Under the pieces are notes generated by a model, which worked only from the letters and a program-made list of their open reading frames with translations, did not search any database and was not told the DNA's origin. The translations under genes and the position numbers were made by a program. Source: Alphaproteobacteria bacterium (lineage in GTDB: Bacteria; Pseudomonadota; Alphaproteobacteria; UBA8366). Taken from it: DNA of 64,000 nucleotides. Shown here piece after piece: positions 1 through 11,191 of this stretch (positions are counted from its first letter, which is position 1; each line of letters starts with the position of its first letter). The stretch lies in NCBI GenBank assembly GCA_009377445.1, contig WHUA01000001.1:902725-966724 (forward strand). Reading direction: 5' to 3'.

Positions 1-390
1 CTCGGACTGGAGATGCGCGCGGTCACGCAGAACCGGCCGATGGCGGCGGCGATGGGAATCCGCACCAACCGCATCGACGCGCTGACCTTCGGGCTTGGCT
101 CGGGCGTCGCCGGGATTGCCGGCGTGGCGCTGTCGCAGATCGACAACGTGGGTCCCAACCTCGGGCAAGGCTATATCATCGACTCGTTCATGGTCGTGGT
201 GTTCGGCGGGGTCGGCAACTTGTGGGGCACCTTGCTCGGCGCGTTCTCGCTCGGCATCGCCAACAAGTTCCTCGAGCCATATGCCGGCGCGGTGCTCGGC
301 AAGATCGCCATCCTGGTGCTGATCATCCTGTTCATCCAGAAGCGCCCGCGCGGCCTGTTCGCGCTCAAGGGCCGGGCGGTCGAATCGTGA
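1..390 (+). CDS. urtB: Urea ABC transporter permease UrtB, C-terminal part (5' end lies outside the window)
   Basis: The frame of ORF 13..390 is open to nt 1. Hydrophobic LivH-type permease C-terminus ending FIQKRPRGLFALKGRAVES. Directly followed by urtC/D/E and urease genes. Confidence 0.85.
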   Translation, partial: LGLEMRAVTQNRPMAAAMGIRTNRIDALTFGLGSGVAGIAGVALSQIDNVGPNLGQGYIIDSFMVVVFGGVGNLWGTLLGAFSLGIANKFLEPYAGAVLGKIAILVLIILFIQKRPRGLFALKGRAVES

Positions 391-1535
391 AGCCGTTCCC
401 GCTCGTTCGCATCCTCGACCGCGGCGCCGTCGTGTTACTGGCGCTGCTCGCGGCGGTCGCCGTCGCGGTGCCGATCCTCAACCTCGCGGTTCCCGAAGAC
501 TCCGCTGCCCATGTGTCGACATACGTGGTCACGCTGCTCGGAAAGTATATTTGTTACGCGTTGCTGGCGTTGTCGATCGACCTGATCTGGGGCTATGCCG
601 GAATCCTGTCGCTCGGCCACGGCGCCTTCTTCGCGCTCGGCGGCTATGCCATGGGCATGTATCTGATGCGCCAGATCGGCACGCGCGGCGTCTACGCCCA
701 CCCTATGCTGCCCGACTTCATGGTTTTCCTGAACTGGAAGGAGCTGCCGCTCTACTGGTACGGCTTCGACAGTTTCGCCTATGCGGCGGTGATGATCCTG
801 CTCGCGCCCGGCCTGCTGGCCTTCGTGTTCGGCTGGTTCGCCTTCCGCTCGCGCGTCACGGGCGTCTATCTCTCGATCATTACCCAGGCGATGACTTTTG
901 CCCTGATGCTGGCGTTCTTCCGCAACGACTTCGGCTTCGGCGGCAACAACGGCCTGACCGATTTCAAGGACATCCTCGGCTTCAACGTCCAGGCCGAAGC
1001 GACGCGCAACGCCCTGTTCGTCTCCTCCTGCATCGCGCTTGCGCTCGGCTTTCTCCTGTGCCGCTGCATCGTCACGTCGAAAGCCGGCAAGGTCCTGGTC
1101 GCGGTGCGCGATGCGGAATCGCGTACGCGCTTCCTCGGCTACCGCGTCGAATACTACAAGCTCTTCGTCTTCGTGCTCTCGGCCTGCATGGCCGGCGTCG
1201 CGGGCGCGCTCTACGTGCCGCAGGTCGGGATCATCAATCCCGGCGAGTTCGCGCCCGCGAACTCGATCGAAGCGGTGATCTGGGTCGCCGTCGGAGGACG
1301 CGGCACGCTCTACGGCGCGGTGATCGGCGGCGTGCTCGTAAACCTGTCGAAAACCTGGCTCACGGGCGCGGCGCCGGAAATCTGGCTCTATTTCCTCGGC
1401 GCGCTCTTCGTTCTTGTCACGCTGCTGCTGCCCAAGGGGATCGTCGGCGCGCTCTCGAGCATGAAGCCGCGCCCGCACGGATCGCCGAAGCGCGGGCCGT
1501 TCCTCGCGCGCCTCTTCCCGCGGAGGGTGCTGTGA
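387..1535 (+). CDS. urtC: Urea ABC transporter permease UrtC
   Basis: In frame with track ORF 222..1535. GTG 387 overlaps the urtB stop (GTGA). The multi-TM LivM-like sequence starts VKPFPLVRILD... and contains GYAGILSLGHGAFFALGGYAMGMY. The upstream 55 codons of the track ORF overlap urtB and look non-coding. Confidence 0.85.
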   Translation: MKPFPLVRILDRGAVVLLALLAAVAVAVPILNLAVPEDSAAHVSTYVVTLLGKYICYALLALSIDLIWGYAGILSLGHGAFFALGGYAMGMYLMRQIGTRGVYAHPMLPDFMVFLNWKELPLYWYGFDSFAYAAVMILLAPGLLAFVFGWFAFRSRVTGVYLSIITQAMTFALMLAFFRNDFGFGGNNGLTDFKDILGFNVQAEATRNALFVSSCIALALGFLLCRCIVTSKAGKVLVAVRDAESRTRFLGYRVEYYKLFVFVLSACMAGVAGALYVPQVGIINPGEFAPANSIEAVIWVAVGGRGTLYGAVIGGVLVNLSKTWLTGAAPEIWLYFLGALFVLVTLLLPKGIVGALSSMKPRPHGSPKRGPFLARLFPRRVL

Positions 1536-2320
1536 ACGCCGCGGCGGCGCGGCCGCCCGCGATCGGCGCGCCCGGCGAGGCGCGCCAGCCGATCCTCTAT
1601 CTCGACGGCGTCAGCGTCAGTTTCGACGGGTTCAAGGCGCTCGACGAGCTGAGCTTCTACGTCGATCCGGGCGAGCTGCGCGCGATCATAGGACCCAACG
1701 GGGCCGGCAAGACGACGATGATGGATGTCATCACCGGAAAGACGCGGCCCGACACCGGCAAGGTCTTCTTCAAAGGCTCGGTCGATCTGACGAAGCTGGA
1801 CGAGGCGGAGATCGCCAATCTCGGGATCGGCCGGAAGTTCCAGAAGCCGACCGTCTTCGAAAGCCACACCGTCTTCGAGAACCTGGAGCTTGCGCTCAAA
1901 TGCGACCGCACGGTACGGGCGTCGCTGCTGTTCAGGCTATGCGGCGAGCATAGGGACAAGATCGACGGCGTCCTGGAGACCACGGCGTTGACGCACCTTT
2001 GCGATGCCCCGGCAGGATCGCTTTCGCACGGCCAGAAGCAGTGGCTGGAGATCGGCATGCTGCTGATCCAGGACCCGGACCTGCTGCTGGTCGACGAACC
2101 GGCCGCCGGCATGACCGATGCCGAGACGGCGCAGACGGCGGCGCTGCTGCGCGAGATATCGAAGACCCATTCCCTCGTCGTCGTCGAGCACGACATGGAG
2201 TTCGTGCGCGCGCTGGAAAGCAAGGTCACCGTGCTGCACGAAGGGTCGGTGCTTGCGGAGGGGTCGCTCGAAGCGGTGCAGCAGGACGAGCGCGTCATCG
2301 AAGTGTATCTGGGGCGATAA
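1532..2320 (+). CDS. urtD: Urea ABC transporter ATP-binding protein UrtD
   Basis: In frame with ORF 551..2320. GTG 1532 overlaps the urtC stop (GTGA). Walker A GPNGAGKTT, signature LSHGQKQWLEIG, Walker B LLLVDEP. Confidence 0.9.
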   Translation: MNAAAARPPAIGAPGEARQPILYLDGVSVSFDGFKALDELSFYVDPGELRAIIGPNGAGKTTMMDVITGKTRPDTGKVFFKGSVDLTKLDEAEIANLGIGRKFQKPTVFESHTVFENLELALKCDRTVRASLLFRLCGEHRDKIDGVLETTALTHLCDAPAGSLSHGQKQWLEIGMLLIQDPDLLLVDEPAAGMTDAETAQTAALLREISKTHSLVVVEHDMEFVRALESKVTVLHEGSVLAEGSLEAVQQDERVIEVYLGR

Positions 2321-2322
2321 CG

Positions 2323-3018
2323 ATGCTGGCCGTGCGCGACGTCGATCTCTATTACGGCGCCAGCCAGGCGCTCCGGAAGGTGTCGCTGTCTGCGAAGAAA
2401 GGCGCGGTCACCTGCGTGCTCGGCCGCAACGGGGTCGGCAAGACCAGCCTGCTGCGGGCCATCGTCGGCCAGCAGCCGATCGCGCACGGCGGCATCGACT
2501 GGGAGGACGCTCCGATCTCCGGCCTGCCGACGCATGCGCGCACGCGGCGCGGCATCGCTTTCGTGCCGCAGGGCCGCGAGATATTCCCCCTCCTCACCGT
2601 TGCAGAGAACCTCAGGACCGGCTTCGCGCCGCTGCCACGGAGCCAGCGCAGCATCCCCGACGAGATTTTCGATCTGTTTCCGGTCCTGCGCGACATGCTG
2701 CGGCGGCGCGGCGGCGACCTCTCCGGCGGGCAGCAGCAGCAGCTCGCGATCGCGCGTGCGCTGGTGACGCGGCCGCGGCTGCTCATCCTCGACGAGCCGA
2801 CGGAGGGAATCCAGCCGTCGATCATCAAGGACATCGAACGGGTCATCGGCCTCTTGCGCGATCGCGGCGAGATGGCGATCCTGCTGGTCGAGCAGTATTT
2901 CGAGTTCGCCCGCAACCTCGCCGACGCTTTCGCGGTGATGGAGCGCGGCGAAATCGTCCTTTCCGGAAGCCGCGACGAGATGGTGGAAAAGGATGTACGG
3001 CGTTATCTCACCGTCTGA
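2323..3018 (+). CDS. urtE: Urea ABC transporter ATP-binding protein UrtE
   Basis: ATG 2323 lies 2 nt after the urtD stop, in frame with ORF 1999..3018. Walker A GRNGVGKTS, signature LSGGQQQQLAIARAL, Walker B LLILDEP. Confidence 0.9.
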   Translation: MLAVRDVDLYYGASQALRKVSLSAKKGAVTCVLGRNGVGKTSLLRAIVGQQPIAHGGIDWEDAPISGLPTHARTRRGIAFVPQGREIFPLLTVAENLRTGFAPLPRSQRSIPDEIFDLFPVLRDMLRRRGGDLSGGQQQQLAIARALVTRPRLLILDEPTEGIQPSIIKDIERVIGLLRDRGEMAILLVEQYFEFARNLADAFAVMERGEIVLSGSRDEMVEKDVRRYLTV

Positions 3019-3862
3019 CCGACTCGCGCTGGCGCCGCCGTTGTCAGGCGTGTGCGGCGTGGCGCGCATCGGCTATGCCGCCGCGGACGGCGTCAGCAGG
3101 CTCGCCGTTCTCGAGCAACAGAGTCCGCTCCGCGTGCTGTTTCCGCGCCCGGCTGCCGGAGACCCCCCGGTCGCCGCGCTGGTCACGACCTCTGGCGGAC
3201 TGGTCGGCGGCGACCGGCTCGATGTCGCGGTCACCGTCGGCCGGGGCGCCCGCTTGCTCGCGGTCGCCCAGGCGGCGGAGAAGGTCTACCGCTCGCTCGG
3301 CAGCGACTGCGTGGTCGAGATCGCGCTCGACGTGGCCGACGGCGCCTGGCTCGAATGGCTGCCGCAGGAGACGATCCTGTTCGATGGCGCGCGCCTCCGC
3401 CGCAACACGGCATTGGACGTCGCCGGAAACGGCCGCACGCTGGCTGGCGAGATGCTCGTCTTCGGCCGCGTCGCGCGCGGCGAGACGATGACCTACGGCC
3501 TCGTCCGGGATGGCTGGACGGTGCGGCGCGATGGGCGGCTGGTCTGGGCCGACGCGCTGCACATGGCAGGCGACGAAATTCCTTACAGCCTGAATGCGGC
3601 CGCCGGCTTTGCGGGCGCGCGCGCTTATGCGACCGCCATTTACGTCGGGCCGGACGCGGCGGATCATCGCGGCCTGGCGCGAGAGGCTGCGGCTTCGCCT
3701 GGGGTGCGGTCCGGCGCCACGCTGTGCGGCCCGGTTTTGATCGCACGCTGGCTGGGCCGGGAGCCCGCCGACGTGCGCCGCGCCTTCGGCGCCTATTGGA
3801 TGCGGCTTCGCGCGGCGGCCGGCGGCCTCGCGCCGCGATTGCCGAGGCTATGGCATGTTTGA
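2993..3862 (+). CDS. ureD: Urease accessory protein UreD
   Basis: ORF 2993..3862. UreD/UreH-like sequence (LRVLFPRP...TTSGGLVGGDRLDV...AAEKVYRS...WLEWLPQETILFDGARL) immediately upstream of ureABC. Start is uncertain: ATG 2993 overlaps urtE by 26 nt, and in-frame GTGs near 3048/3059 are alternatives. Confidence 0.75.
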   Translation: MYGVISPSDRLALAPPLSGVCGVARIGYAAADGVSRLAVLEQQSPLRVLFPRPAAGDPPVAALVTTSGGLVGGDRLDVAVTVGRGARLLAVAQAAEKVYRSLGSDCVVEIALDVADGAWLEWLPQETILFDGARLRRNTALDVAGNGRTLAGEMLVFGRVARGETMTYGLVRDGWTVRRDGRLVWADALHMAGDEIPYSLNAAAGFAGARAYATAIYVGPDAADHRGLAREAAASPGVRSGATLCGPVLIARWLGREPADVRRAFGAYWMRLRAAAGGLAPRLPRLWHV

Positions 3863-3880
3863 AGCGAGGGAGGACAAACG

Positions 3881-4198
3881 GTGCACCTGACGCCGCGTGA
3901 GAAGGACAAGCTTCTCGTCGCCATGGCCGCGATCGTCGCGCGCGGGCGTAAGGAGCGGGGCGTGCGGCTCAACTATCCCGAAGCGGTTGCGCTGATCGCC
4001 GACTATGTCGTCGAGGGTGCACGCGACGGCCGCAGCGTCGCCGAACTGATGCGCGACGGCGCGACGGTGCTCAGCCGCGACGACGTGATGGAGGGCGTTC
4101 CCGAGATGCTGCACGAGATCCAGGTCGAAGCGACCTTTCCCGACGGCACGAAGCTGGTCACGGTGCATGAGCCGATCCGGGCGAGGGTCGTCCGATGA
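3881..4198 (+). CDS. ureA: Urease subunit gamma
   Basis: ORF 3881..4198 with a GTG start. [39 protein letters not shown] is a canonical UreA N-terminus. Confidence 0.9.
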   Translation: MHLTPREKDKLLVAMAAIVARGRKERGVRLNYPEAVALIADYVVEGARDGRSVAELMRDGATVLSRDDVMEGVPEMLHEIQVEATFPDGTKLVTVHEPIRARVVR

Positions 4199-4506
4199 TC
4201 CCCGGAGAGGTCTTCTGCAAGGAGGGCACGATCGTGCTCAACGAGGGGCGTGAAACGCTGTCCCTCACGGTCGGCAACACCGGCGACAGGCCGATCCAGG
4301 TCGGGTCGCACTATCATTTCCATGAGACGAATGCGGCGCTGGACTTCGACCGCGAAAAGGCGCGCGGCTGCCGTCTCGATATCCCTGCGGGCACGGCGGT
4401 GCGCTTCGAGCCCGGCCAGAGCCGTGACGTGCAGCTCGTCCGCTATGCAGGCGCGCGCAGGGTTTACGGCTTCAACGGCCGCGTCAACGGGCCTTTGGGG
4501 GACTGA
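4195..4506 (+). CDS. ureB: Urease subunit beta
   Basis: ORF 4195..4506. The ATG overlaps the ureA stop (ATGA). MIPGEV...[17 protein letters not shown] is a canonical UreB motif. Confidence 0.9.
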   Translation: MIPGEVFCKEGTIVLNEGRETLSLTVGNTGDRPIQVGSHYHFHETNAALDFDREKARGCRLDIPAGTAVRFEPGQSRDVQLVRYAGARRVYGFNGRVNGPLGD

Positions 4507-4510
4507 GGCG

Positions 4511-6220
4511 ATGGCATTCGAAATCGACCGCCAAGCCTATGCCGCCATGTTCGGCCCGACCACGGGCGACCGCGTGCGTCTCGCCGACACGGACCTGATC
4601 GTCGAAGTGGAAGCGGACCGCACCGTCTACGGCGAAGAGGTGAAGTTCGGCGGCGGCAAGGTCATCCGCGACGGCATGGGGCAATCGCAGGCGAGCCGGG
4701 CCGAGGGCGCGGTCGATACCGTCATCACCAACGCCCTGATCCTCGACCATTGGGGGATCGTCAAGGCCGATATCGGCATCAAAGACGGCAGGATCGCCGG
4801 TATCGGCAAGGCGGGCAATCCCGACGTCCAGCCGGGCGTCGACATCGTCATTGGACCCGGCACGGAGGCGATCGCCGGGGAAGGTCGCATCGTCACGGCG
4901 GGCGGGATCGACGTGCATATCCATTTCATCTGCCCGCAGCAGGCGGAAGACGCGCTGATGAGCGGCGTCACCACCATGATGGGCGGCGGCACCGGGCCGG
5001 CGGAAGGCACCAACGCCACGACCTGCACGCCGGGCCCGTGGCATCTCGCACGCATGCTGGAGGCGGCGGAAGGGCTGCCGGTCAATCTCGGCTTCTTCGG
5101 CAAGGGCAATGCGACATTGCCCGCTGCGCTGCGCGAGCAGATCGAAGGCGGGGCCTGCGGCCTCAAGCTGCATGAGGATTGGGGCACCACGCCGGCCGCC
5201 ATCGACGCCTGCCTGACGCTGGCCGGCGAGACCGACGTCGCCGTGACGATCCACACCGACACGCTCAACGAGTCAGGCTTCGTCGAGAACACCATCGCCG
5301 CCTTCAAGGGCCGCAACATTCACGCCTTCCACACCGAGGGCGCCGGCGGCGGGCACGCGCCCGACATCATCAAGGTGTGCGGCGAGGCGAACGTGCTGCC
5401 GTCCTCGACCAACCCGACCCGGCCCTTCACCGTCAATACGGTGGACGAGCATCTCGACATGCTGATGGTCTGCCACCACCTCGACGCCAACATTCCCGAA
5501 GACGTGGCTTTCGCCGAAAGCCGCATCCGGCGCGAGACGATCGCCGCCGAGGACATCCTGCACGACATCGGCGCGTTCAGCATGATCGCATCGGACAGCC
5601 AGGCGATGGGAAGGGTCGGCGAGGTGCTGATCCGGACCTGGCAGACCGCGCACAAGATGAAGGCGCAGCGCGGGCGGCTGCCGCAGGAGAGGGGCGACAA
5701 CGACAACTTCCGGGTCAAGCGCTACATCGCGAAATACACGATCAACCCGGCGCTGGCGCATGGCATCGCCGATCACGTGGGTTCCGTCGAGACCGGAAAG
5801 TTCGCCGATCTCGTGCTATGGAAGCCGATGTTCTTCGGCGTGAAGCCGGACCTCGTGCTGAAATGCGGCAGCATCGCCGCCGCCGCGATGGGCGATCCCA
5901 ACGCATCGATCCCGACGCCGCAGCCGGTGCACTACCGGCCGATGTTCGCCGGTTATGGGCGCGCGCTGCAACGGAGCCGCATCAGCTTCGTGTCGGCCGC
6001 CGCGCACGGCGCGGGAATTGCGGACAGGCTCGGCCTGGCGAGCCATGTGCTGCCGGTGCGCGGCATCCGCACGATAGGAAAGAAGCAGATGATCCACAAC
6101 GACGCGACGCCGCACATGGAAGTCGATCCCGAAACCTATCAGGTGCGCGCCGACGGCGAGCTTCTGACCTGCGAGCCGGCGGCGGTGCTGCCGATGGCGC
6201 AGCGGTACTTTTTGTTCTGA
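4511..6220 (+). CDS. ureC: Urease subunit alpha
   Basis: ATG 4511 in frame with ORF 4250..6220. Urease active-site regions are present: [42 protein letters not shown]. 569 aa. Confidence 0.95.
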   Translation: MAFEIDRQAYAAMFGPTTGDRVRLADTDLIVEVEADRTVYGEEVKFGGGKVIRDGMGQSQASRAEGAVDTVITNALILDHWGIVKADIGIKDGRIAGIGKAGNPDVQPGVDIVIGPGTEAIAGEGRIVTAGGIDVHIHFICPQQAEDALMSGVTTMMGGGTGPAEGTNATTCTPGPWHLARMLEAAEGLPVNLGFFGKGNATLPAALREQIEGGACGLKLHEDWGTTPAAIDACLTLAGETDVAVTIHTDTLNESGFVENTIAAFKGRNIHAFHTEGAGGGHAPDIIKVCGEANVLPSSTNPTRPFTVNTVDEHLDMLMVCHHLDANIPEDVAFAESRIRRETIAAEDILHDIGAFSMIASDSQAMGRVGEVLIRTWQTAHKMKAQRGRLPQERGDNDNFRVKRYIAKYTINPALAHGIADHVGSVETGKFADLVLWKPMFFGVKPDLVLKCGSIAAAAMGDPNASIPTPQPVHYRPMFAGYGRALQRSRISFVSAAAHGAGIADRLGLASHVLPVRGIRTIGKKQMIHNDATPHMEVDPETYQVRADGELLTCEPAAVLPMAQRYFLF

Positions 6221-6222
6221 TC

Positions 6223-6723
6223 ATGCTGAAACGGGCAACGCAGGTAGAGCACGACGGCCATTGGCCCGCCGACCAGGCGGTCGGCCGGGTGACATTGGCC
6301 TATGACGACCGGCATCGCCGCCGCCTGAAGCTGCGGACCGAGAACGGGACGGACTTCCTGCTCGATCTCGGCCGCGCCGCGCTGCTGCGCGACGGCGACG
6401 GGCTACGGCTGGAAGACGGCGGCTGGATCGCGATCGCCGCCGCGCCGGAGGACGTCGTCGATGTGCGGGGCGGGACGCCGCGTGCGACCGCTCGCCTCGC
6501 CTGGCATCTCGGCAACCGCCATCTTCCGGTGCAGATCCTCGATGACGGCGCGATCCGCTTCCGCTACGACCATGTCATCGAAGACATGGTGATCGGCCTC
6601 GGCGGCAACGTCGAGCGGAAATCCGCGCCCTTCACGCCGGAAGGCGGCGCCTATGCCGAGGGCAGCGCGCACGGGCACGACCACGGGCACCGTCACCATC
6701 ATCACGGCCATGAGCATGACTGA
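6223..6723 (+). CDS. ureE: Urease accessory metallochaperone UreE with a His-rich tail
   Basis: ATG 6223 lies 2 nt after the ureC stop, in frame with ORF 5179..6723. The C-terminus [20 protein letters not shown] is a typical Ni-binding tail. Confidence 0.85.
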   Translation: MLKRATQVEHDGHWPADQAVGRVTLAYDDRHRRRLKLRTENGTDFLLDLGRAALLRDGDGLRLEDGGWIAIAAAPEDVVDVRGGTPRATARLAWHLGNRHLPVQILDDGAIRFRYDHVIEDMVIGLGGNVERKSAPFTPEGGAYAEGSAHGHDHGHRHHHHGHEHD

Positions 6724-7413
6724 GGGACTATCCGCGGCAGGGGTATACAGGCTGGCGGTCTGGCTATCGCCGGCCTTTCCCGTCGGCGCCTACACCTATT
6801 CCTCGGGCATCGAGCATGCGGTGGAGAGCGGATTCGTCGCCGATCCCGCTAGCTTGTTCGACTGGGTGGCGGCGATGCTGCGGGTGGGCCAGGGGCGGGT
6901 CGACGCCGACTTTTTTCGCGACGCCTATGCCGCGATGCACAGCGGCGACGCGGATGCAATTGCCGAGGTGACGGCGCTGGCCGACGCGATGCGCGGAACG
7001 GCGGAGCTGGCGCTCGAAAGCGCGGCCCAGGGCGACGCCTTCCTCGCCGCGGCGCGCGCGGCCTGGCCGGAGCCGCGGCTGGACGAATTCGCGGCGCTCA
7101 TCGTGGCGCTCGGCCGGAAGCCGGCCTATGCAGTCGCCGTGGGCGCCACGGCGGCGACCCACGGCGTGCCGCTTCGCGAAGCCTTGACGGCCTTCCTGCA
7201 CGCCGTCGCGGCAAACCTGGTGTCGGCGGGCCTCAGGCTGATCCCGCTCGGGCAGACTGACGGACAGCGCGTCACCGCGCGGCTCGAGCCGGACGTGGTC
7301 GCTGCGGCCGAGGCGGCGATGCGGCGGTCGCCGCAGGACCTCGGCGCGGCGACGCCGATGGCCGACTGGATGTCGATGCAGCACGAAACGCAGTACACGA
7401 GGTTGTTCAGATC

Positions 7414-7417
<4 letters not shown>
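6710..7417 (+). CDS. ureF: Urease accessory protein UreF
   Basis: In frame with ORF 6653..7417. ATG 6710 or 6716 overlaps the ureE 3' end. UreF-like [22 protein letters not shown]. Confidence 0.8.
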
Positions 7418-8046
<629 letters not shown>

Positions 8047-8061
8047 AGGGGAGCGAGAGCA

Positions 8062-8652
8062 ATGAAACCATTCCTGCGAACGGCAATGGCGGCAATTCCG
8101 GCGGTGCTGTTTGCCGGCGCAGCAGACGCGCATACGGGCCTCGGCCATTCCGGCGGATTTGCGGCAGGGCTCGTCCATCCCTTCCTCGGGCTCGACCACC
8201 TCATCGCGATGCTGGCGGCGGGCGTTTATGCCGGATGGCGCGGCGGTGCCGCCTCCTGGCGCATGCTGCTCGTCGCGATGGCCGCGGTCGGCGGGGGCAT
8301 GTTGCTCGGCGTCGCGGGCAATCCGCCAAATCCGGTCGCGGCAGGCATCGTCGGGTCAGCCCTTTTGCTGGGCGTCGCACTGCTGCTCGATCTTCGGCTC
8401 GGACCGGCCTGGGTCATGGCCGCGGCGGTCGCATTCGGCCTGATCCATGGCCACGCCCACGGCGCCGAAATGGCGCTGGAACCGGGCATGTGGACGTATG
8501 TCGCCGGGTTGCTGGCGGCAACGGCATCGCTGCTTATCGCGGGCGCGGCATGCGGGGCGGCGGCGCGGACGCATCCGCGGCTCGGCGAGACGGGCATCCG
8601 CGCCTTCGGCGGCCTGGTCGGCGCCGGGGCGCTTTTCCTCGCGGTCGGCTGA
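8062..8652 (+). CDS. hupE: HupE/UreJ family nickel (metal) transporter
   Basis: ORF 8062..8652. Signal peptide, then the signature HPFLGLDHLIAML, a second His cluster GLIHGHAHGAE and a multi-TM body. Located directly after ureG. Confidence 0.8.
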   Translation: MKPFLRTAMAAIPAVLFAGAADAHTGLGHSGGFAAGLVHPFLGLDHLIAMLAAGVYAGWRGGAASWRMLLVAMAAVGGGMLLGVAGNPPNPVAAGIVGSALLLGVALLLDLRLGPAWVMAAAVAFGLIHGHAHGAEMALEPGMWTYVAGLLAATASLLIAGAACGAAARTHPRLGETGIRAFGGLVGAGALFLAVG

Positions 8653-8779
8653 TCCGCAACAGCCGGGTGACGCGCGCCGCCGATCGACGTACCCTGCCGG
8701 ACGATCGGTGAAGCCAACACGGGCGGCGGCCGATGCCTGGGACGCCCGACGGCTTCGCCGGAGCACAGGGAGAACAGGA

Positions 8780-10579
8780 ATGGCGGCAAGCAACACGCTC
8801 AACGGCGGACAGGTCATCGTCGATTACCTGATCCAGGAGAAGGTACCCTACGCCTTCGGTCTCTGCGGGCACGGCAACATCGGCTTCATCGACGCGCTTT
8901 ACGAGCGGTCGGACGACATCGCGACGATCTCGGTTCACCACGAGACGGTCGCGGGCTTCATGGCCGACGTGTACTACCGCGTCAGCGGCCGGCCGACGGC
9001 GACCTTCACCTCCTGCGGTCCCGGCTCCGCCAACCTGCCGATCGCGCTCGCCAACGCCTATTTCGATTCCGTGCCCTTCCTGGCGGTGACCGGCAACGTG
9101 CCGACGAGCCAGTTCAACCGCGGCGCCTTCCAGGAGACCTATCGGCAGTACCAGGCGGACTTCCCGTCGACCGTGCGCGCCTACTGCAAGCGCGTGTTCC
9201 AGCCGACGCGCGGCGATATGGTGCCGCTCGCGATCCGCCAGGCCTGGAAGACGATGGTGACGGGACGGCCGGGGCCGGTGGTGCTCGACGTGCCCTTCGA
9301 CATCTTCAAGGAAGGGGCCGAGCAGGCGCCGGACGCCCTGGATTGGAATGCCAACATAAGCTGCCGCTGCGGCGCCGACCCGGAAGGGGTGGAGAAGGCG
9401 CTCGACATGCTGCTCGGCGCGGAGCGCCCGGTGATCCTCGTCGGCCAGGGCGTGAAATATGGCGGCGCGGCGGCAGACCTGCTGGCGCTTGCGGAGCGGC
9501 TGGGCATTCCCGTCGCTTGCTCCGCCAGCGGCACGGGCGCCATCGACACGAAGCATCCGCTCGCGCTCGGCCTGATCGCACGCAACGGCACCTATCAGGC
9601 CAATCACGCCTGCCGCCAGGCGGATGTCCTGCTGGCGCTCGGCGTCCGCTTCGACGACCGCACCTCCAGCTCCTGGCTGCCCGGATATTCCTTCACAATT
9701 CCGCCTACCAAGCTCATCCATGTGGACATCGACCCGGACGAGATCGCCCGGAACTATCCCGTGGCGCTCGGCCTCATGGCCGACGTGCGCACCTTCCTGC
9801 GCCAGATTTCCGCCGCGCTCGACGCGCGCACGATTACCGAGCAGGTGTCCTCCGCCCGCGCCGCATGGCTGGACAAGATCGCGGGCTACAAGCGGGAGTG
9901 GGAGGATTTCGTCGCGCCGGGATTCACCGCGGACACGACGCCGATCCATCCCCAGCGCGCCGCGCACGAGATCGACAGGGCGCTGCCCGAAGATGCGATC
10001 CTGGTGAGCGACATCGGCGTGCACCACAACTGGCTGATCCAGTTCTGCACCCCGACCCGGCCGGATTCGCTGATCGGGTCGATGGGTTTCGGCCCGATGG
10101 GGTTCGGCGTCGCCGGGGTGCTGGGGGCGAAGCTCGCCGCGCCCGACCGGCCTTGCGTTTCGGTCTGCGGCGATGGCGCCTTCTTCATGCACGCCAGCGT
10201 TCTCGGCACCGCCGTGGAGTACCAGCTCCCCGTGGTGTGGGTCGTCTGGAACAATTACGCCTATGCGTCGATCCGCGGGCTGCAGCGTGGTTATCTGGAT
10301 GGGCGCGAGCTCGCTACCGACTTCAAGAACCCGCAGACCGGACAGCCATACAACCCGGATTTCGCCGCGATGGCGCGTTCGGCGGGCGTCGAAGGCGTGA
10401 GCGTGGACCGGGCGGCCGACCTCGCGGACGCAATCCGTGCCGGCATCGCGGCAGGCCGGCCCTACCTGATCGATGCGAATATCAGCGCGGACCTCAACCC
10501 GACCGGCGCCGGGGTGTGGGAGCTGCCGGGCCTGGGGTTGAGCAAGCCCGGCTTCGGCAAGCGGCACCAGCCGGGGTGA
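8780..10579 (+). CDS. Thiamine-diphosphate-dependent enzyme, full-length acetolactate-synthase/IolD-like; substrate unknown
   Basis: ATG 8780 in frame with ORF 8447..10579. N-terminal Pyr domain (FGLCGHGNIGFIDAL...TSCGPGSANL) and C-terminal TPP-binding motif GDGAFFMHASVLGTAVEYQLPVVWVVWNN. Confidence 0.8.
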   Translation: MAASNTLNGGQVIVDYLIQEKVPYAFGLCGHGNIGFIDALYERSDDIATISVHHETVAGFMADVYYRVSGRPTATFTSCGPGSANLPIALANAYFDSVPFLAVTGNVPTSQFNRGAFQETYRQYQADFPSTVRAYCKRVFQPTRGDMVPLAIRQAWKTMVTGRPGPVVLDVPFDIFKEGAEQAPDALDWNANISCRCGADPEGVEKALDMLLGAERPVILVGQGVKYGGAAADLLALAERLGIPVACSASGTGAIDTKHPLALGLIARNGTYQANHACRQADVLLALGVRFDDRTSSSWLPGYSFTIPPTKLIHVDIDPDEIARNYPVALGLMADVRTFLRQISAALDARTITEQVSSARAAWLDKIAGYKREWEDFVAPGFTADTTPIHPQRAAHEIDRALPEDAILVSDIGVHHNWLIQFCTPTRPDSLIGSMGFGPMGFGVAGVLGAKLAAPDRPCVSVCGDGAFFMHASVLGTAVEYQLPVVWVVWNNYAYASIRGLQRGYLDGRELATDFKNPQTGQPYNPDFAAMARSAGVEGVSVDRAADLADAIRAGIAAGRPYLIDANISADLNPTGAGVWELPGLGLSKPGFGKRHQPG

Positions 10580-10585
10580 GGCCGG

Positions 10586-11173
10586 TCAGGCCTTGATCTG
10601 AAGCTCGCGCCGCATGTCGTCGATCGTTTCCTGCTTGGTGCGCGTCTGCCACGGCCGGCGCTTGCCGATCGGCTCGTTCTGCACCTCGGGGTAGACCCTG
10701 AGCGCCACGAAGACCGGGCCGGGCTTGTCCAGGATCGCCGGCAACTCGCGCTTGAAATCCTCGATCTCGGTAAAGGCGTGGGCGCGCCCATAGCCCGCGC
10801 CGCGGGCGATGGCGGCATAGTCGACATTCTCCGCATTCGGCACGGGCTGCCCGCCGGTCGTGGCGTAGCAGGCGTTGTCGAGCATGAAGTGGTAGAAATT
10901 CTTCGGCGCTTGCTCGGCGATCGTGACCAGCATGCCGAGGCTCATCAGGACGTCGCCCTCGGAGTCGAACAGGACTACCTTGCGCTTCGGCTGCGCCAGC
11001 GCCACGCCGAGGCCGAAGCCGGCGTGGCCGCCCATGGCGGGGTCGCCCATCGGCAGATCGAGGCTCGGCTTGTCGCTGATCGGCACCCAGTGCCGACCGC
11101 CGCGGCCGGGAATGACGACCGCGTCGCCGCGGTGTTTCTTGAAGAATTCGAGCAGTTCTGCGGTGTGCATCAT
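10586..11173 (-). CDS. Split TPP-dependent decarboxylase, beta (PP-domain) subunit; sulfopyruvate/phosphonopyruvate-decarboxylase-like
   Basis: ORF 10586..11173. At 195 aa it carries only the diphosphate-binding domain (SEGDVLMSLGML...FMLDN). It lies immediately downstream of the alpha-subunit ORF on the same strand. Confidence 0.7.
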   Translation of the reverse strand: MMHTAELLEFFKKHRGDAVVIPGRGGRHWVPISDKPSLDLPMGDPAMGGHAGFGLGVALAQPKRKVVLFDSEGDVLMSLGMLVTIAEQAPKNFYHFMLDNACYATTGGQPVPNAENVDYAAIARGAGYGRAHAFTEIEDFKRELPAILDKPGPVFVALRVYPEVQNEPIGKRRPWQTRTKQETIDDMRRELQIKA

Positions 11174-11191
11174 GGCTGAATCTCGCCCGTC

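Noticed and set aside
8534-10567. 677-aa minus-strand ORF
   Set aside because: It is antisense to the full-length TPP enzyme gene, which has a GDG...NN motif.
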